Virus record (IMG/VR): IMGVR_UViG_3300044638_008494
Location: 32,001 to 96,000 of that record
Source of the DNA: a virus
Strand: one strand, 5' to 3'
DNA: 64,000 nucleotides
Shown: in pieces, positions 38,473 through 49,046 of the stretch
Layout: every line of letters starts with the position of its first letter
Position numbering within the stretch: position 1 is the stretch's first letter
Translations under genes and position numbers: made by a program
The notes under the pieces: model-generated
The model's input: the letters and a program-made list of their open reading frames with translations, nothing else
What the model was told of the DNA's origin: nothing
Database searches by the model: none

Positions 38473-39267
38473 TTATTGTAATTTTAAATCTGATGCTGGG
38501 CCATTATTAAATAATAAATTAAATAATCCATCCATTTCAGATATATTAGAGAAACTTCTATTTATAAAAAGACCAAGGCGCATGGTTCCAGAAAATCCAT
38601 AAAGTTGGTGCCCAAAGCCAGGAAAGCCATTAAAAGTGGTGCCATTATTAGCTGATACAGTTCCATTTAAATTACCAGATGGCTTTCTTGTTGCATATCT
38701 CACAGTTCCATTATTTAGAAATGAACATGCAAAAAAATACCACTCTGTGCCGTTTGGTAGATATCCTGTTGTTTGATTATCCTGACCATTATAAGGCATC
38801 AACGTCTGGAACGTTCTTGTGAAAATATGTGGCCCTGGAAAACTTGCTTGATTGTATCCATTAGCTGCGGTATTGCAATGCATTAGAACATTTTCACTAG
38901 TAGGAGTTGCAATAGTATTATCTGTAATTGCTACAAAAACCATTGTAAAAGGATATCGAAAAAGAATAGAAGTATTTGAATAGGCCCAACTACCTATAGA
39001 TTTTGAAAACAATAAGCCATCTTTATTGGGTATCACCCCAAAAGTTTGAAGATTGGGGCCTATTTTTGAAAGCAAATTAGGCCCATCAAGATCTCTAAAA
39101 TCATATGCCGCAACAATATTACTAGCAAAATTGCTTTCTAAAATATTTCTCCATAAATTCCTTTTACTTGTAAAAGCTAAAGGTTTTAAAGCGGCGCCAA
39201 GAGGGCCATTATACAATCCGTTATCTAATGGCGCACCCAATGAGGAGCTTCGAGTATCTCCATCCAT
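38473..39267 (-). CDS. Hypothetical LamG-like beta-sandwich virion protein
   Basis: IVAAYDF, PFTMVFV, WYFFACSF strand pattern. Confidence 0.4.
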   Translation of the reverse strand: MDGDTRSSSLGAPLDNGLYNGPLGAALKPLAFTSKRNLWRNILESNFASNIVAAYDFRDLDGPNLLSKIGPNLQTFGVIPNKDGLLFSKSIGSWAYSNTSILFRYPFTMVFVAITDNTIATPTSENVLMHCNTAANGYNQASFPGPHIFTRTFQTLMPYNGQDNQTTGYLPNGTEWYFFACSFLNNGTVRYATRKPSGNLNGTVSANNGTTFNGFPGFGHQLYGFSGTMRLGLFINRSFSNISEMDGLFNLLFNNGPASDLKLQ

Positions 39268-39273
39268 AAGAAA

Positions 39274-39696
39274 TTAATAGTTTTCTATTATTGAAGTAAT
39301 ATTAATTGCACCAATACTGCTTGGATTATTTCTGCACGTTGCGCGTATTTGCGTTCCAGAACCAATAGGGTAATATCTTTTTCCAGCATTATCTAATGGA
39401 AGAGATGGAATGCCAGATGTTGCAAATACATCAACAGATGGCGCAATTCCAGACCCTGCAAATGCACCAACTGGAACTGTTACTATTGGATATCCACTAG
39501 AAGTCTGCTCTGAAAATATTGAAAAAACTATTTGTACTGGTATGCTAGAAGTGCTATGTATATTAATTGATTTTACGATACTATCGTCCATACCGGCTGG
39601 CGCCACAATTTTGTCAACCAAAGCATCTCCACTGACAAATGTTTGGCCGGTATTTATAATTTGTTGAGTTAAAAATAGTGATGTTTGTTTTGACAT
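39274..39696 (-). CDS. Small beta-rich structural protein
   Basis: 140 aa; TGTAAA 9 nt upstream of the ATG. Confidence 0.55.
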   Translation of the reverse strand: MSKQTSLFLTQQIINTGQTFVSGDALVDKIVAPAGMDDSIVKSINIHSTSSIPVQIVFSIFSEQTSSGYPIVTVPVGAFAGSGIAPSVDVFATSGIPSLPLDNAGKRYYPIGSGTQIRATCRNNPSSIGAINITSIIENY

Positions 39697-39711
39697 ATAG
39701 TATCCTTTACA

Positions 39712-41721
39712 TTAAATATATCTTAAAATAGTTAAATTTCTAATTGTTGTATAATTATCTATCTCTTCTTCTGGTTTTATTACAAGTATTTTTCCATCAT
39801 TAGTAGAATTTAAAGCGTATGCAATTTTAATTCTTTTTCCACCAACAGGATCTTTTGTTAAATTTCCAACTAGCACATTGGATAAATATAAAATATCTCC
39901 AGCATTGTAAGTTGATGTGTTTACGCCCCCAACAACACCAAAAGTTGTAATAAGACCCTCCTCATTATTTAAAATATTATGTGTTGCTACTCCAATTAAA
40001 TGAGAAGTGTGGAAATCATTGCTTCCAATTGCTGGCCAAATCCTCGGTCTATTTCCTTGCACTCCTGAAATGTAAACAACCATCCCATTAGATATTGTGC
40101 TATTTGATTTATTAACTCCGCGAACATATTGTTCTTGCCCAATATTTAAAGTAACATCTGGCTTATCTAAATAAGCATTAAATGTTTTTGTATCATCGCT
40201 GTAAAAAATTCTACCCTCTTTATATGGGATATTAGCATCTAAATTTGTAGCAAAATCAATAGTATTAAAATTTCCACTCGTATATTTAACAGTTATATTT
40301 TGTGATGGGTAACCATCCTTACTAATCTCTATCCCGCTTACGCCATCTATATCTACTGCGCCATATGAATTATTTAAACTTGTAATTCCAGAATTTCCCG
40401 CCTCAACAAGTCCTGTCAAAAATCCAGAAAGATAATAAAAATCTCCGGTCATTTGCCCAGAAAAAGAATCAACATATCCAGAAATTTGGTTTATATTATT
40501 TGAATAATTATTTAATGTTCCCGTAACTATACCTGAAAGCGTGTTAAAGTTTCCGGTAATTTGTCCAGATAATTGAATAAATGCGCTTGTCAAATCATTT
40601 TCAAAACCAGAATATTGCGCCCAAACCTGTCCAGAAAATGTTGTATACTGCCCAGTTATTTGTCCAGAAAAAGTATCAAATTGATTTTGTAATCCGCTAG
40701 TAAAAACATCATAAGATCCTGTTTGGAAACCTCCGGAAAATATTTCAAATATATCTTGGGTAACAACATTTTTAAAATAATTAGCCGAAGATATTGACCT
40801 TCCACCAAGAACAATATTTAAATTTCTTAAATCATTAAGGCCATTATAAAGATCTACCCCTACAATTTTTCTAAATGGAACATAAAATGGAGTATCGAAT
40901 CTTTTCCAATTTGCAAAACTACCCGTACTTAAATTAAAAGCCGCTATTGTATATTTTATATCGTCTTTTGGATCTCTATAATAAAATCTCCCACTAAGAG
41001 GAGTGACTGGCGTTAATGGGTCTAGATTTAATGTTCCCCATCCGGTAGTCATCGAATATATTCCCCACCGTGTTGCTACAAACTGATTCGCGCTATAATA
41101 TTCTAAAACTCCTTCTCCGGTAATTGCCCCATATTCTAAAAAGAACGATATAGCAGCATCACCACTTGACATAATTACGCCTTGGCTGACATTTCCTTCA
41201 TAGAGATCATGGTATCTACCTCTTAAAGAAACAGATAAATCTTCAGCATTAGGAAGGCCAGAATAAATATCCCAGCCTAAAATACAATCGCCACTAACTC
41301 TAGTTTCTGGTATAACCCCAGAGCTATAATATTCAGTACCACTAATATAAAACGGTGCAATAATTGTTTTATCTAAAGGATCATATAATGATCTAATATA
41401 TATTGCTCCGCTCAATGTTGATCCGGTAACGCCAGGTATTCTTAAACTACAACTCCATCCAGTAGCTAAATAATTTGATGCATTATATTCTTCGTACAGT
41501 GCTATTCCAGTATATGGATATGATGCAAAAAAATTTGGAGGCTGTAAGCCTATTTCTGATGGCAGTACTACAAATTGATTATTACCAGGCACAACAATAG
41601 GCCTCTCGTCAAGAAGCAATGTCTCCTCCCAATCATCAAGCCTAATATTTACACCGCTTAAATATAGCTGAGCTACACTTAGCGTTGAATCAGACCTTCC
41701 AAATCTTAATTTATTAGTCAT
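39712..41721 (-). CDS. Fibre-like virion protein
   Basis: Two tandem copies of an N-terminal domain; 11-residue (F/L)SGQITG repeats; C-terminal IGQE...GMVVYISG...IGVAT...GDILYLS domain. Confidence 0.6.
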   Translation of the reverse strand: MTNKLRFGRSDSTLSVAQLYLSGVNIRLDDWEETLLLDERPIVVPGNNQFVVLPSEIGLQPPNFFASYPYTGIALYEEYNASNYLATGWSCSLRIPGVTGSTLSGAIYIRSLYDPLDKTIIAPFYISGTEYYSSGVIPETRVSGDCILGWDIYSGLPNAEDLSVSLRGRYHDLYEGNVSQGVIMSSGDAAISFFLEYGAITGEGVLEYYSANQFVATRWGIYSMTTGWGTLNLDPLTPVTPLSGRFYYRDPKDDIKYTIAAFNLSTGSFANWKRFDTPFYVPFRKIVGVDLYNGLNDLRNLNIVLGGRSISSANYFKNVVTQDIFEIFSGGFQTGSYDVFTSGLQNQFDTFSGQITGQYTTFSGQVWAQYSGFENDLTSAFIQLSGQITGNFNTLSGIVTGTLNNYSNNINQISGYVDSFSGQMTGDFYYLSGFLTGLVEAGNSGITSLNNSYGAVDIDGVSGIEISKDGYPSQNITVKYTSGNFNTIDFATNLDANIPYKEGRIFYSDDTKTFNAYLDKPDVTLNIGQEQYVRGVNKSNSTISNGMVVYISGVQGNRPRIWPAIGSNDFHTSHLIGVATHNILNNEEGLITTFGVVGGVNTSTYNAGDILYLSNVLVGNLTKDPVGGKRIKIAYALNSTNDGKILVIKPEEEIDNYTTIRNLTILRYI

Positions 41722-43153
41722 CGGTTAACGTAAGATTAAATTGAGTATAATACAGATTGGCCATAAAAACAGCATCATGCCCAGAAAAACCACTAGCCAA
41801 TATATATAATTTAGTATCATTAGCGCCACTTAAAAATATACTATATTTATCATTTCCACCAAACAAATCGGCTTGATCTTTTATATCAATTTTTAAATTT
41901 GTTCCCCGCTGCACAACGAAATGCTTGCGTCCATATATGCCATCCGAAGCAACATCATAACTGGCATAAAAATCTTGAATATTATATCTTGCAGCTACAT
42001 AATCAATATGGCCCATAATTACAGAGCCTGTTTGAACAAAAATTCCATCGTAATTACTTTTTGGAACGCGCATTTTTTTAATAGGATTAAATCCAGTAAC
42101 GCCAAATCCGCCAGAAATTACCGCTTTCATGTGGATTGAATTGTAGAATGTATTATCTGAAGATGTTCCAACAGCGAAACCATATGGATGATTATAGGTA
42201 GATCCATGAAAATTATTAGCATTTATTAATGTAGCGCCTTTTGTTTCAAAAAACGTTGAGCCTGTAGAATTTATTATGCAAGTATTTTCGCACCGTTGAG
42301 CAACGTTATTGCTGCTTCTTATTAAAGATGAATTTTTATTGCCAGACGTAAAATTGCTAGATCCATGAACGAACAAATCTTGATCTCCGCCAAAATTATT
42401 TGCATTTCCAATAAATGAAGTTCTGTTATCAGAAACGTTAATAAGCGTATTGTTTGCCCCCCAACCACTTCCTATATAGTCTAATATGATTGTTTTTTGC
42501 CCTGTTCCGTTAAATATTCCCATGTCTTTACCTGGCAACAAAAACAGTGGACCACCTTGTATGCCATTAATTGCATTTACTCCAGAAAATGCAGCTTGTC
42601 CAGCATCAATAATTATTGATTGTCCCGTTGGAATTACTTCTACCCCATTTCTTCCAATTAAATTAATGTCTCCTGATCTTGAATTAATTCTATATACCGC
42701 ATCTGCCCTTATTCTTAAATTATTTCCAGAAATATACGTTTGAACCCCTTGTTCACCAACAATTGTATATCCACTAATTGCTATTTGATTTGAATTTAAT
42801 GGCCACACTACAACACTTCCCATTCCAGTAAGGCTTACATTGCCAGACAAAGAATTTAAAGTCCCAACTGTTCCACCACCGCTAGGAAAAATATATAATG
42901 TAGAATTTTGAAAATAAGTGCCAATGCCACTGAATCCAGTAATATTGATAGCGCCTGTTACTCCGTTAATATTATTTAAGATTCCCCTATTTCCATTTTG
43001 AACTGTTAAAATTAAAGAATCTCCACTTTCTATTCCAACCAGCCCAGAAGTAGCATATATATTATTATAATTAGGATATAAAGGAGAAGTATATGCTGTT
43101 ACTAATCCAGAAACATCAGGGTGCAGTTGAGAGGCGCGAATAAGAGTATTCAT
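41714..43153 (-). CDS. Fibre-like virion protein
   Basis: Repeats INGVTGAINITG / LNSLSGNVSLTG / INSRSGDINLIG of trimeric fibre type, then an Asn-rich beta-helix-like stretch. Confidence 0.6.
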   Translation of the reverse strand: MNTLIRASQLHPDVSGLVTAYTSPLYPNYNNIYATSGLVGIESGDSLILTVQNGNRGILNNINGVTGAINITGFSGIGTYFQNSTLYIFPSGGGTVGTLNSLSGNVSLTGMGSVVVWPLNSNQIAISGYTIVGEQGVQTYISGNNLRIRADAVYRINSRSGDINLIGRNGVEVIPTGQSIIIDAGQAAFSGVNAINGIQGGPLFLLPGKDMGIFNGTGQKTIILDYIGSGWGANNTLINVSDNRTSFIGNANNFGGDQDLFVHGSSNFTSGNKNSSLIRSSNNVAQRCENTCIINSTGSTFFETKGATLINANNFHGSTYNHPYGFAVGTSSDNTFYNSIHMKAVISGGFGVTGFNPIKKMRVPKSNYDGIFVQTGSVIMGHIDYVAARYNIQDFYASYDVASDGIYGRKHFVVQRGTNLKIDIKDQADLFGGNDKYSIFLSGANDTKLYILASGFSGHDAVFMANLYYTQFNLTLTDD

Positions 43154-45048
43154 TATTTTTTAGAATGATAAAGTACAGCTGCCTCATCTGGCCCAATTTC
43201 ATGATATGCGGCTATATCAAAAACTTCTTTTGATATTTCATTTTTTGTAACATCAGATATTGGATTTTCAATATAGTTATTAATTGATTTCGTCCAGTTT
43301 GTTTTTTCTTCAGAAGAGACGATAATGTTGGCAACATCTAATGCTATATTTTTTTGTGCTTGGTTTAATTTTTTAATTTTATATTTTTTCTTCAAAGCGT
43401 CACAAATACCCGCTTCCAAAGCGTCTTTATCTTTAAGAGTCTGGCTAATCAATTTTGTACTAAATTTGTATGAAGCTACAGATTTTTGACCAACTGGGGT
43501 GATTTTTTGTGTTGTTTGCGCTGCTGGCGTAGCTGATGGCCTGCCTGCTTGCCCTGCTGGCTGTTTTGGGTTTAAAAGTGGCTCATAAAATCCCTGCTCT
43601 TTTTCCAATATCATTTCTTTTTGCGATTCAGCCAACTCATAAGGTTCCGGCAACACATTTGTATTGATTGCAGAAATTGCATCTTTCGGAGATATTGCTC
43701 CTAACTCAAGAAGTCTTGTATAAACTCTTGACAAAACAGCAGAATCATTTCTAAAATTATGCGTTTTCCATTTTGGTTCTGGTGCCGATTTAAAATTCAT
43801 AGTTTTAGCGATTTCACGAATTTGTGGCCCCAGAAATTTAGTCATAAATTCTTGCCTTGCAAACTCAAGCCTTTTGAAAAATGCATCCATTTTTGCGCTT
43901 GCATTTGCAAATTTATCATCACCAAAAATAATATTATTTAAACCTAAACGAATATCACGATCTACAATTTCATACTTTTTAGGATCTAAAATGTCTCCAA
44001 TTTGCGGTATCACAAATTGTGCCTTTGTTGTATAGTCTGCTATCAAAACTCTTCCAACGCTACCATTTTCAAAAATTTTTCGAAGCACTTCTTGGCTTTT
44101 TTGGCTTGGTGGCCCAAGCTCTTCATCGCCTTGAGTTATTAACAATACAGCTTGCTGTATAGTTCTTGAAATAGCCATGTCTACCTTTTTAAGCTCAAGC
44201 TTCCAATTTATATCTTCCAAAACAGGAAAGCCCATAGGAACAGCAAGTGGTTCATAATCTTGTTTTTTATAAAAAATACTAACCAAACGATCTGAATCTA
44301 ATGATATTTCTAAAGATTGATTTCCATTTTTTATATTTTTAAGCTCTGGGATAGTCGATGCAATTTTTTTATCTTCTTCGCTTGTTGGTTTTAATAAAGC
44401 ACCTATCTCAAATGAATTCAATCGCTTTTTGTAAATTGGCGCGGTAAAACTAGAAGATGCTAATACTTGAATATCATATGGATTCAAAATAATATACTTT
44501 AATGGAATTTTAAGCGCTGCTTCCATAATATTCATTTGCTGCAGCTTGCGTAAACTTTCTCTAGGAAATTCTCCAAATAATTTATAAATGAAAACATTTC
44601 CACTGCGGAAATATTCGCGGAAAAACATATCCGTTAATTGCCATAAATTAATTTTTTCTGCCCAAATATTAAAAAAGTTTCTTGACTCTTTATTTCCGCC
44701 AGAAAATGTAATTTCTGAAATTGCAAATTCTGTCATCAAGTCAATTGTGTTTCTAAAAATTGGCACATTCCAATATGCTTTTTGACACAATAAGATTGTA
44801 TCTTGCAATGAAATATTTGTAGCATATTTGCCGCTATTTTTTTCATATAAAAACGGAGCAACTCCAGCTTCAAGATTTGCAAACCTTTGAATTCTGGTTA
44901 TGCTACCAGCAGAATTCGACCTTGAACCCCTTTCTGGGGTTGTATCGCAAGAGCCAATTAGCTTATCATAATCATCCAAGCTAGCTGTTAGTGGCTCCGA
45001 AATCTCCTTTTTGCTCTTTTTAGACCTTGTACCTTTTTTAGATATCAT
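43153..45048 (-). CDS. Portal protein
   Basis: 631 aa directly after TerL; IFRNTIDLMTEF, FFREYFRSGNVFIY and YIILNP motifs; TGTAAT at 45061-45066. Confidence 0.85.
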   Translation of the reverse strand: MISKKGTRSKKSKKEISEPLTASLDDYDKLIGSCDTTPERGSRSNSAGSITRIQRFANLEAGVAPFLYEKNSGKYATNISLQDTILLCQKAYWNVPIFRNTIDLMTEFAISEITFSGGNKESRNFFNIWAEKINLWQLTDMFFREYFRSGNVFIYKLFGEFPRESLRKLQQMNIMEAALKIPLKYIILNPYDIQVLASSSFTAPIYKKRLNSFEIGALLKPTSEEDKKIASTIPELKNIKNGNQSLEISLDSDRLVSIFYKKQDYEPLAVPMGFPVLEDINWKLELKKVDMAISRTIQQAVLLITQGDEELGPPSQKSQEVLRKIFENGSVGRVLIADYTTKAQFVIPQIGDILDPKKYEIVDRDIRLGLNNIIFGDDKFANASAKMDAFFKRLEFARQEFMTKFLGPQIREIAKTMNFKSAPEPKWKTHNFRNDSAVLSRVYTRLLELGAISPKDAISAINTNVLPEPYELAESQKEMILEKEQGFYEPLLNPKQPAGQAGRPSATPAAQTTQKITPVGQKSVASYKFSTKLISQTLKDKDALEAGICDALKKKYKIKKLNQAQKNIALDVANIIVSSEEKTNWTKSINNYIENPISDVTKNEISKEVFDIAAYHEIGPDEAAVLYHSKK

Positions 45049-45104
45049 ATGCAGTTATTTATTACAGTAATGTATTCTGAAATTCATTTTATTTAAAAAT
45101 TAAA

Positions 45105-47009
45105 TTAAATTAGGGTTGGTATAAACTGTTCTCTTTTAATTTGAACCTGAGTTTTAACCAATTCAAAATAACACTTTACTCCCCAGTTTCCTAATAATAG
45201 CGTGCTGTAGTTATCTTTTCTAGGTTTATTATTGGCGGTTGAAGTTCTAGCTGACCTTGGGAGATCAAAGCTTTGATGACCTCTGGAAGTTGATGTTACC
45301 TCAATATTCGCGCACTGCTCTTTTGTTGAAATAATAATATCGTCTTGAAGTTCAATAAATTCTCTTATTGATAATTTTCTATTATCTTCTTTGGAGTCGC
45401 CCTCTAGAACGCCAGATCCATGAGGAAATACTAATTTTAATGGAATTCTTAAATTAAACATATAGGACATATATTCTGGATGATTGCTCGCGCGAGAAGC
45501 AAACCATATTTTTTTATGATCAATACATGATTGCAAATAAGAATTAGATCTCATAATCCAATCAGTACTTGGTGTTTGCCTGATGCACATGCATCCCATA
45601 TCTGGGCTATATTGCTTTTTTGCTTTAATAAGCATATCCACTTGATCCTGACCATCTTTAGTAGAATCCCATTCTGTTATATATGTTATTTTTTTACTTA
45701 TACCCTTAAATAATTCACTTTCATTACATGCATCAATAATTGTATCCAAGTTCGAAGAGTCGGCAATTATTAAAACAACGTTAAAATGTGTTAGTACATA
45801 ATAAATATATTTTATATGATCTTGAAGATCTGCGCCAACCCTCTGATATCCGTGAACAAGAACTCCTTCTTCTTTTTCCTCATCAAGCTCTATAACTGAC
45901 ATGGCAAAAAAGTCTGATGAGGCACTTTTTGAATAGTTTGGGTCAATTGATAATATATATTTTTTTAATGGGTCTCCAGTAACTTTAGAATGTGGATACT
46001 CACCATCTGGAATGGTACATTCGTTCATTTTACGCATTGAAAAATACCCATCGCCACCATCACGAAATTGCGCGCCATATTCGCGTTGAAATGAATCTTC
46101 TGATATGCTTGCTCTTTGTGATTGGATAAATTCTCGGTTTAATATAGTTGCCGGTATAGCCTCCCATCCCATTTGTGATATAAAATAAGTCGGTCTTTCT
46201 TCTTCCTTATTATTCATCGTCAAAATATCCGGACGTTCTACAAAATCAGTCCAGTCAGAATACATTTTATACAAATGCTGAAATTGATAAGATGCAGATG
46301 ATAAGCAAATCATTTGCGCGGCATTTTCAAAAATCATTTTATTATTGGGATGTAATGTGCCAGCTTTAATTAACTCGTCCTCTAACTTTCTAACTTTAAT
46401 TCTAAATGCTGCATCCCTTGGCGAAGAAAGGAATGGCGCCAATACATCATTAATCATCTGTGGAGATAATAACAACACCTCATCGAGAATAAGAACGTCA
46501 CAGCGCATACCTCGCGTATCTTCGGAAAGCGGAATGGCACATATATATCCGCCATTAACATCCCATTGAAACTTATCGTTTCTTAAATATGGCTTTTTGT
46601 CAAAGCATGACCTTGCAAGCTGAGCCTCTTCCGTGTTTAATAGCCTTACAATTTCTTCAAAAATTCTACGGCTTGTTCTAAAATTTGCTGAAGCAATAAC
46701 AATTCTAGTACCAGGCTCAAATATGCATTTTAATATACAATACCAACCCGCCAAAGTAGATTTTCCACCACCACGACTAAAAATAAGCATGCAATTATTC
46801 TTTTCAAACATTGCATTTATATGCATAACCTGCATAGGCTCCATATTAATTCCAAGAATTAACTGCGATGTAAAGCCAATGTTGTGACGCAAGAATTTTG
46901 CCAAAGTTATTTTAGCCGTTCTATCATCAATCTCGCCATGAAGATTTAGCAGCTCTTTATTTACATCTACTATATCTTTTGCTGGTTGATTTCCTGCCCA
47001 AATTGCCAT
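45105..47009 (-). CDS. terL: Terminase large subunit
   Basis: Walker A SRGGGKS, Walker B VLILDE, FQREYGAQF, RNase H-like ILSIDP and KD near the C-terminus. Confidence 0.93.
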   Translation of the reverse strand: MAIWAGNQPAKDIVDVNKELLNLHGEIDDRTAKITLAKFLRHNIGFTSQLILGINMEPMQVMHINAMFEKNNCMLIFSRGGGKSTLAGWYCILKCIFEPGTRIVIASANFRTSRRIFEEIVRLLNTEEAQLARSCFDKKPYLRNDKFQWDVNGGYICAIPLSEDTRGMRCDVLILDEVLLLSPQMINDVLAPFLSSPRDAAFRIKVRKLEDELIKAGTLHPNNKMIFENAAQMICLSSASYQFQHLYKMYSDWTDFVERPDILTMNNKEEERPTYFISQMGWEAIPATILNREFIQSQRASISEDSFQREYGAQFRDGGDGYFSMRKMNECTIPDGEYPHSKVTGDPLKKYILSIDPNYSKSASSDFFAMSVIELDEEKEEGVLVHGYQRVGADLQDHIKYIYYVLTHFNVVLIIADSSNLDTIIDACNESELFKGISKKITYITEWDSTKDGQDQVDMLIKAKKQYSPDMGCMCIRQTPSTDWIMRSNSYLQSCIDHKKIWFASRASNHPEYMSYMFNLRIPLKLVFPHGSGVLEGDSKEDNRKLSIREFIELQDDIIISTKEQCANIEVTSTSRGHQSFDLPRSARTSTANNKPRKDNYSTLLLGNWGVKCYFELVKTQVQIKREQFIPTLI

Positions 47010-47010
47010 A

Positions 47011-47931
47011 CTATATTATTTCTTTTTCAATGCAATATTGCAAATCTATTTTTTTAACTTCTTCTCCAAGTCCTAAAATTTTTAAAATTAAATCAGTCAT
47101 ATGCTTTCTGCCATCACAATATACAACTTGAAAGCATTCATATTTTTTATATAAATCTCTAACTCTATGAAATATGTATTCTGGGCTTGTTGCAAACCAC
47201 CGTTTTTTATTATAGGCTAAAGAGCTATATGATGCTTCGACCATTATAATAATATATCCGTTATTATTTTGCGCTCTTAATAATTCTTTTTCAAATCTTT
47301 CAAGATTGGCACCAAAAGTTCCAAAAAAATCACTGAAACTTTTACGCTCAATAACGATTCTGGAAGCTGGAGATAAGGCATAGTCGCCATAATCAAGCGC
47401 AACATTTACTTTTCTCAAATCTTTTGCAAATTTTAAAGGTCTCTTTTCGCGCGTGTCAATTACTATTTGCTTTGCAGGTTTTGAATTCGTAGCCCGTACA
47501 TCTAAATTATAATAATCATATTTAGATTCTTTATTGCTTTTGATACATATTTCGTTATAGTTAGCCGAGCATAATTTTTCTATAAAGCGAATTGATGGCA
47601 AGCAGCTTATTGTTTGTACGAAAAATTCTGGCGGTGCATTTTTTAAATTTTTAATATCACAATATTTTTTAATTTTTCCAGATATATAATCTAAAGCCTT
47701 CTCTTGACCAATTTTGGCAAGCCAAGATTTCATAGAAATTTTATCTTCAAAATCTGAAAGAAAATATTGCTCTACTGATTTGAAATGTATTTTTTTGTTA
47801 TTCGACAAATCATGTCTTGGGTAAAATTGTTCGAAATATCTTTTTTGAGATATCTTATGTTGCTTTAAATGCTTTGAAAGCTCTATCACGCCGCTAAATT
47901 TTTTAGCACAAAACTCGCATTTGATTTCCAT
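47011..47931 (-). CDS. C2H2 zinc finger + ERCC4 (XPF/Mus81-like) nuclease
   Basis: CEFC..HLKQH; IVIDTRE, GDY and IERKSFSDF (the ERCC4 GDxnERKx3D signature). Confidence 0.85.
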   Translation of the reverse strand: MEIKCEFCAKKFSGVIELSKHLKQHKISQKRYFEQFYPRHDLSNNKKIHFKSVEQYFLSDFEDKISMKSWLAKIGQEKALDYISGKIKKYCDIKNLKNAPPEFFVQTISCLPSIRFIEKLCSANYNEICIKSNKESKYDYYNLDVRATNSKPAKQIVIDTREKRPLKFAKDLRKVNVALDYGDYALSPASRIVIERKSFSDFFGTFGANLERFEKELLRAQNNNGYIIIMVEASYSSLAYNKKRWFATSPEYIFHRVRDLYKKYECFQVVYCDGRKHMTDLILKILGLGEEVKKIDLQYCIEKEII

Positions 47932-47932
47932 A

Positions 47933-49045
47933 TTAACCTACCAATTCTTCTACAGTTGCTCCACGAAGAAGGGCTTTTATTTCGGTCATAGAATTAATAC
48001 GACCAGCCTCTTCTTTAATTTTCATTTTTTCCAGTTCAGCTAAATGTATTGTTTTTTTTCTAAACTCTTCATCTTTCCAAGCCTGTACTAAATTTATAAG
48101 CTTTTCAAAGCCATCACTTTTTTCTTCTAAACGCTTATTTCTTTTTGTTGTCAAATCATTATATAATTTTGTCTTGATATTTTCACATGAATTTAGTTCT
48201 GTTTGAAGTACGTTAATAGCTTCATTCATCTTCATTGAAATTTCACCAGCGGCCATAGTTGCGCGCAATGACTCTATTCTTCTTTGAATTTCTGCCGCTC
48301 TGACGATTTGATTGCACAAAGTAATAAATTGATCCAAATCTTCCTGTGTTAAATCTGGCTTGTCGTGAGTATACCTAATAAAAGCATCTTCAAAAAGATC
48401 TCGATCTCCTTGAATTTTGTAAGTATTAATTTGATATATAAAGCGAAATATATTAAGATACTTTTTAAGCTGCTGCATTTCAAAAAGCTGTTGTTTTTTC
48501 AACGTCTCTTCATTATATCCATAATTTAAATATTTGTTTACACGCTCAATTGTTTGCTTTAAAGTTTTTGGTGGCTTATATTCAGAATCTATTAACTCTT
48601 CTGGGTTATAATTAATATTAACAATTTCTAGCTCATCTTTTGGCTGCGGTACATTATCTTTTTTAATAGCATCTTTGATTTCTTCAATTTTCGCATTGAT
48701 CGTTCTATATTCTTGGCTTAAGTTTGTAAGATCATCGTTATTAAAAAGCTCTCTTGCTATTTCTAGCGCACTTTTAACTCTGAAATTATTTTTTATATAA
48801 ATAATTTGCTCTTCAGCTAAGCTAATAAAGCCTTTTAAAATAACTGTTCTTGTTTTGAATTTCAACCCACTCTCTTTGCAAAATGCTTTAATTGCCCTAG
48901 CTTCTTTTGTTTTTCCGTCCAGAGCATCATTTTCAAAAACGCTTTTAACAATGTTTGAAAGCTCAGGCTCCAAATCTATAGAAAAAAAATCAAGCACTTT
49001 CTTTTTGTGCTCTTCAGAAAGTTCAAAATTTACTGAATCAGACAT
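47933..49045 (-). CDS. Helical hypothetical protein, possible terminase small subunit
   Basis: HTH-like ALEIARELF and a coiled-coil C-terminus upstream of TerL; assigned by position. Confidence 0.35.
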   Translation of the reverse strand: MSDSVNFELSEEHKKKVLDFFSIDLEPELSNIVKSVFENDALDGKTKEARAIKAFCKESGLKFKTRTVILKGFISLAEEQIIYIKNNFRVKSALEIARELFNNDDLTNLSQEYRTINAKIEEIKDAIKKDNVPQPKDELEIVNINYNPEELIDSEYKPPKTLKQTIERVNKYLNYGYNEETLKKQQLFEMQQLKKYLNIFRFIYQINTYKIQGDRDLFEDAFIRYTHDKPDLTQEDLDQFITLCNQIVRAAEIQRRIESLRATMAAGEISMKMNEAINVLQTELNSCENIKTKLYNDLTTKRNKRLEEKSDGFEKLINLVQAWKDEEFRKKTIHLAELEKMKIKEEAGRINSMTEIKALLRGATVEELVG

Positions 49046-49046
49046 A

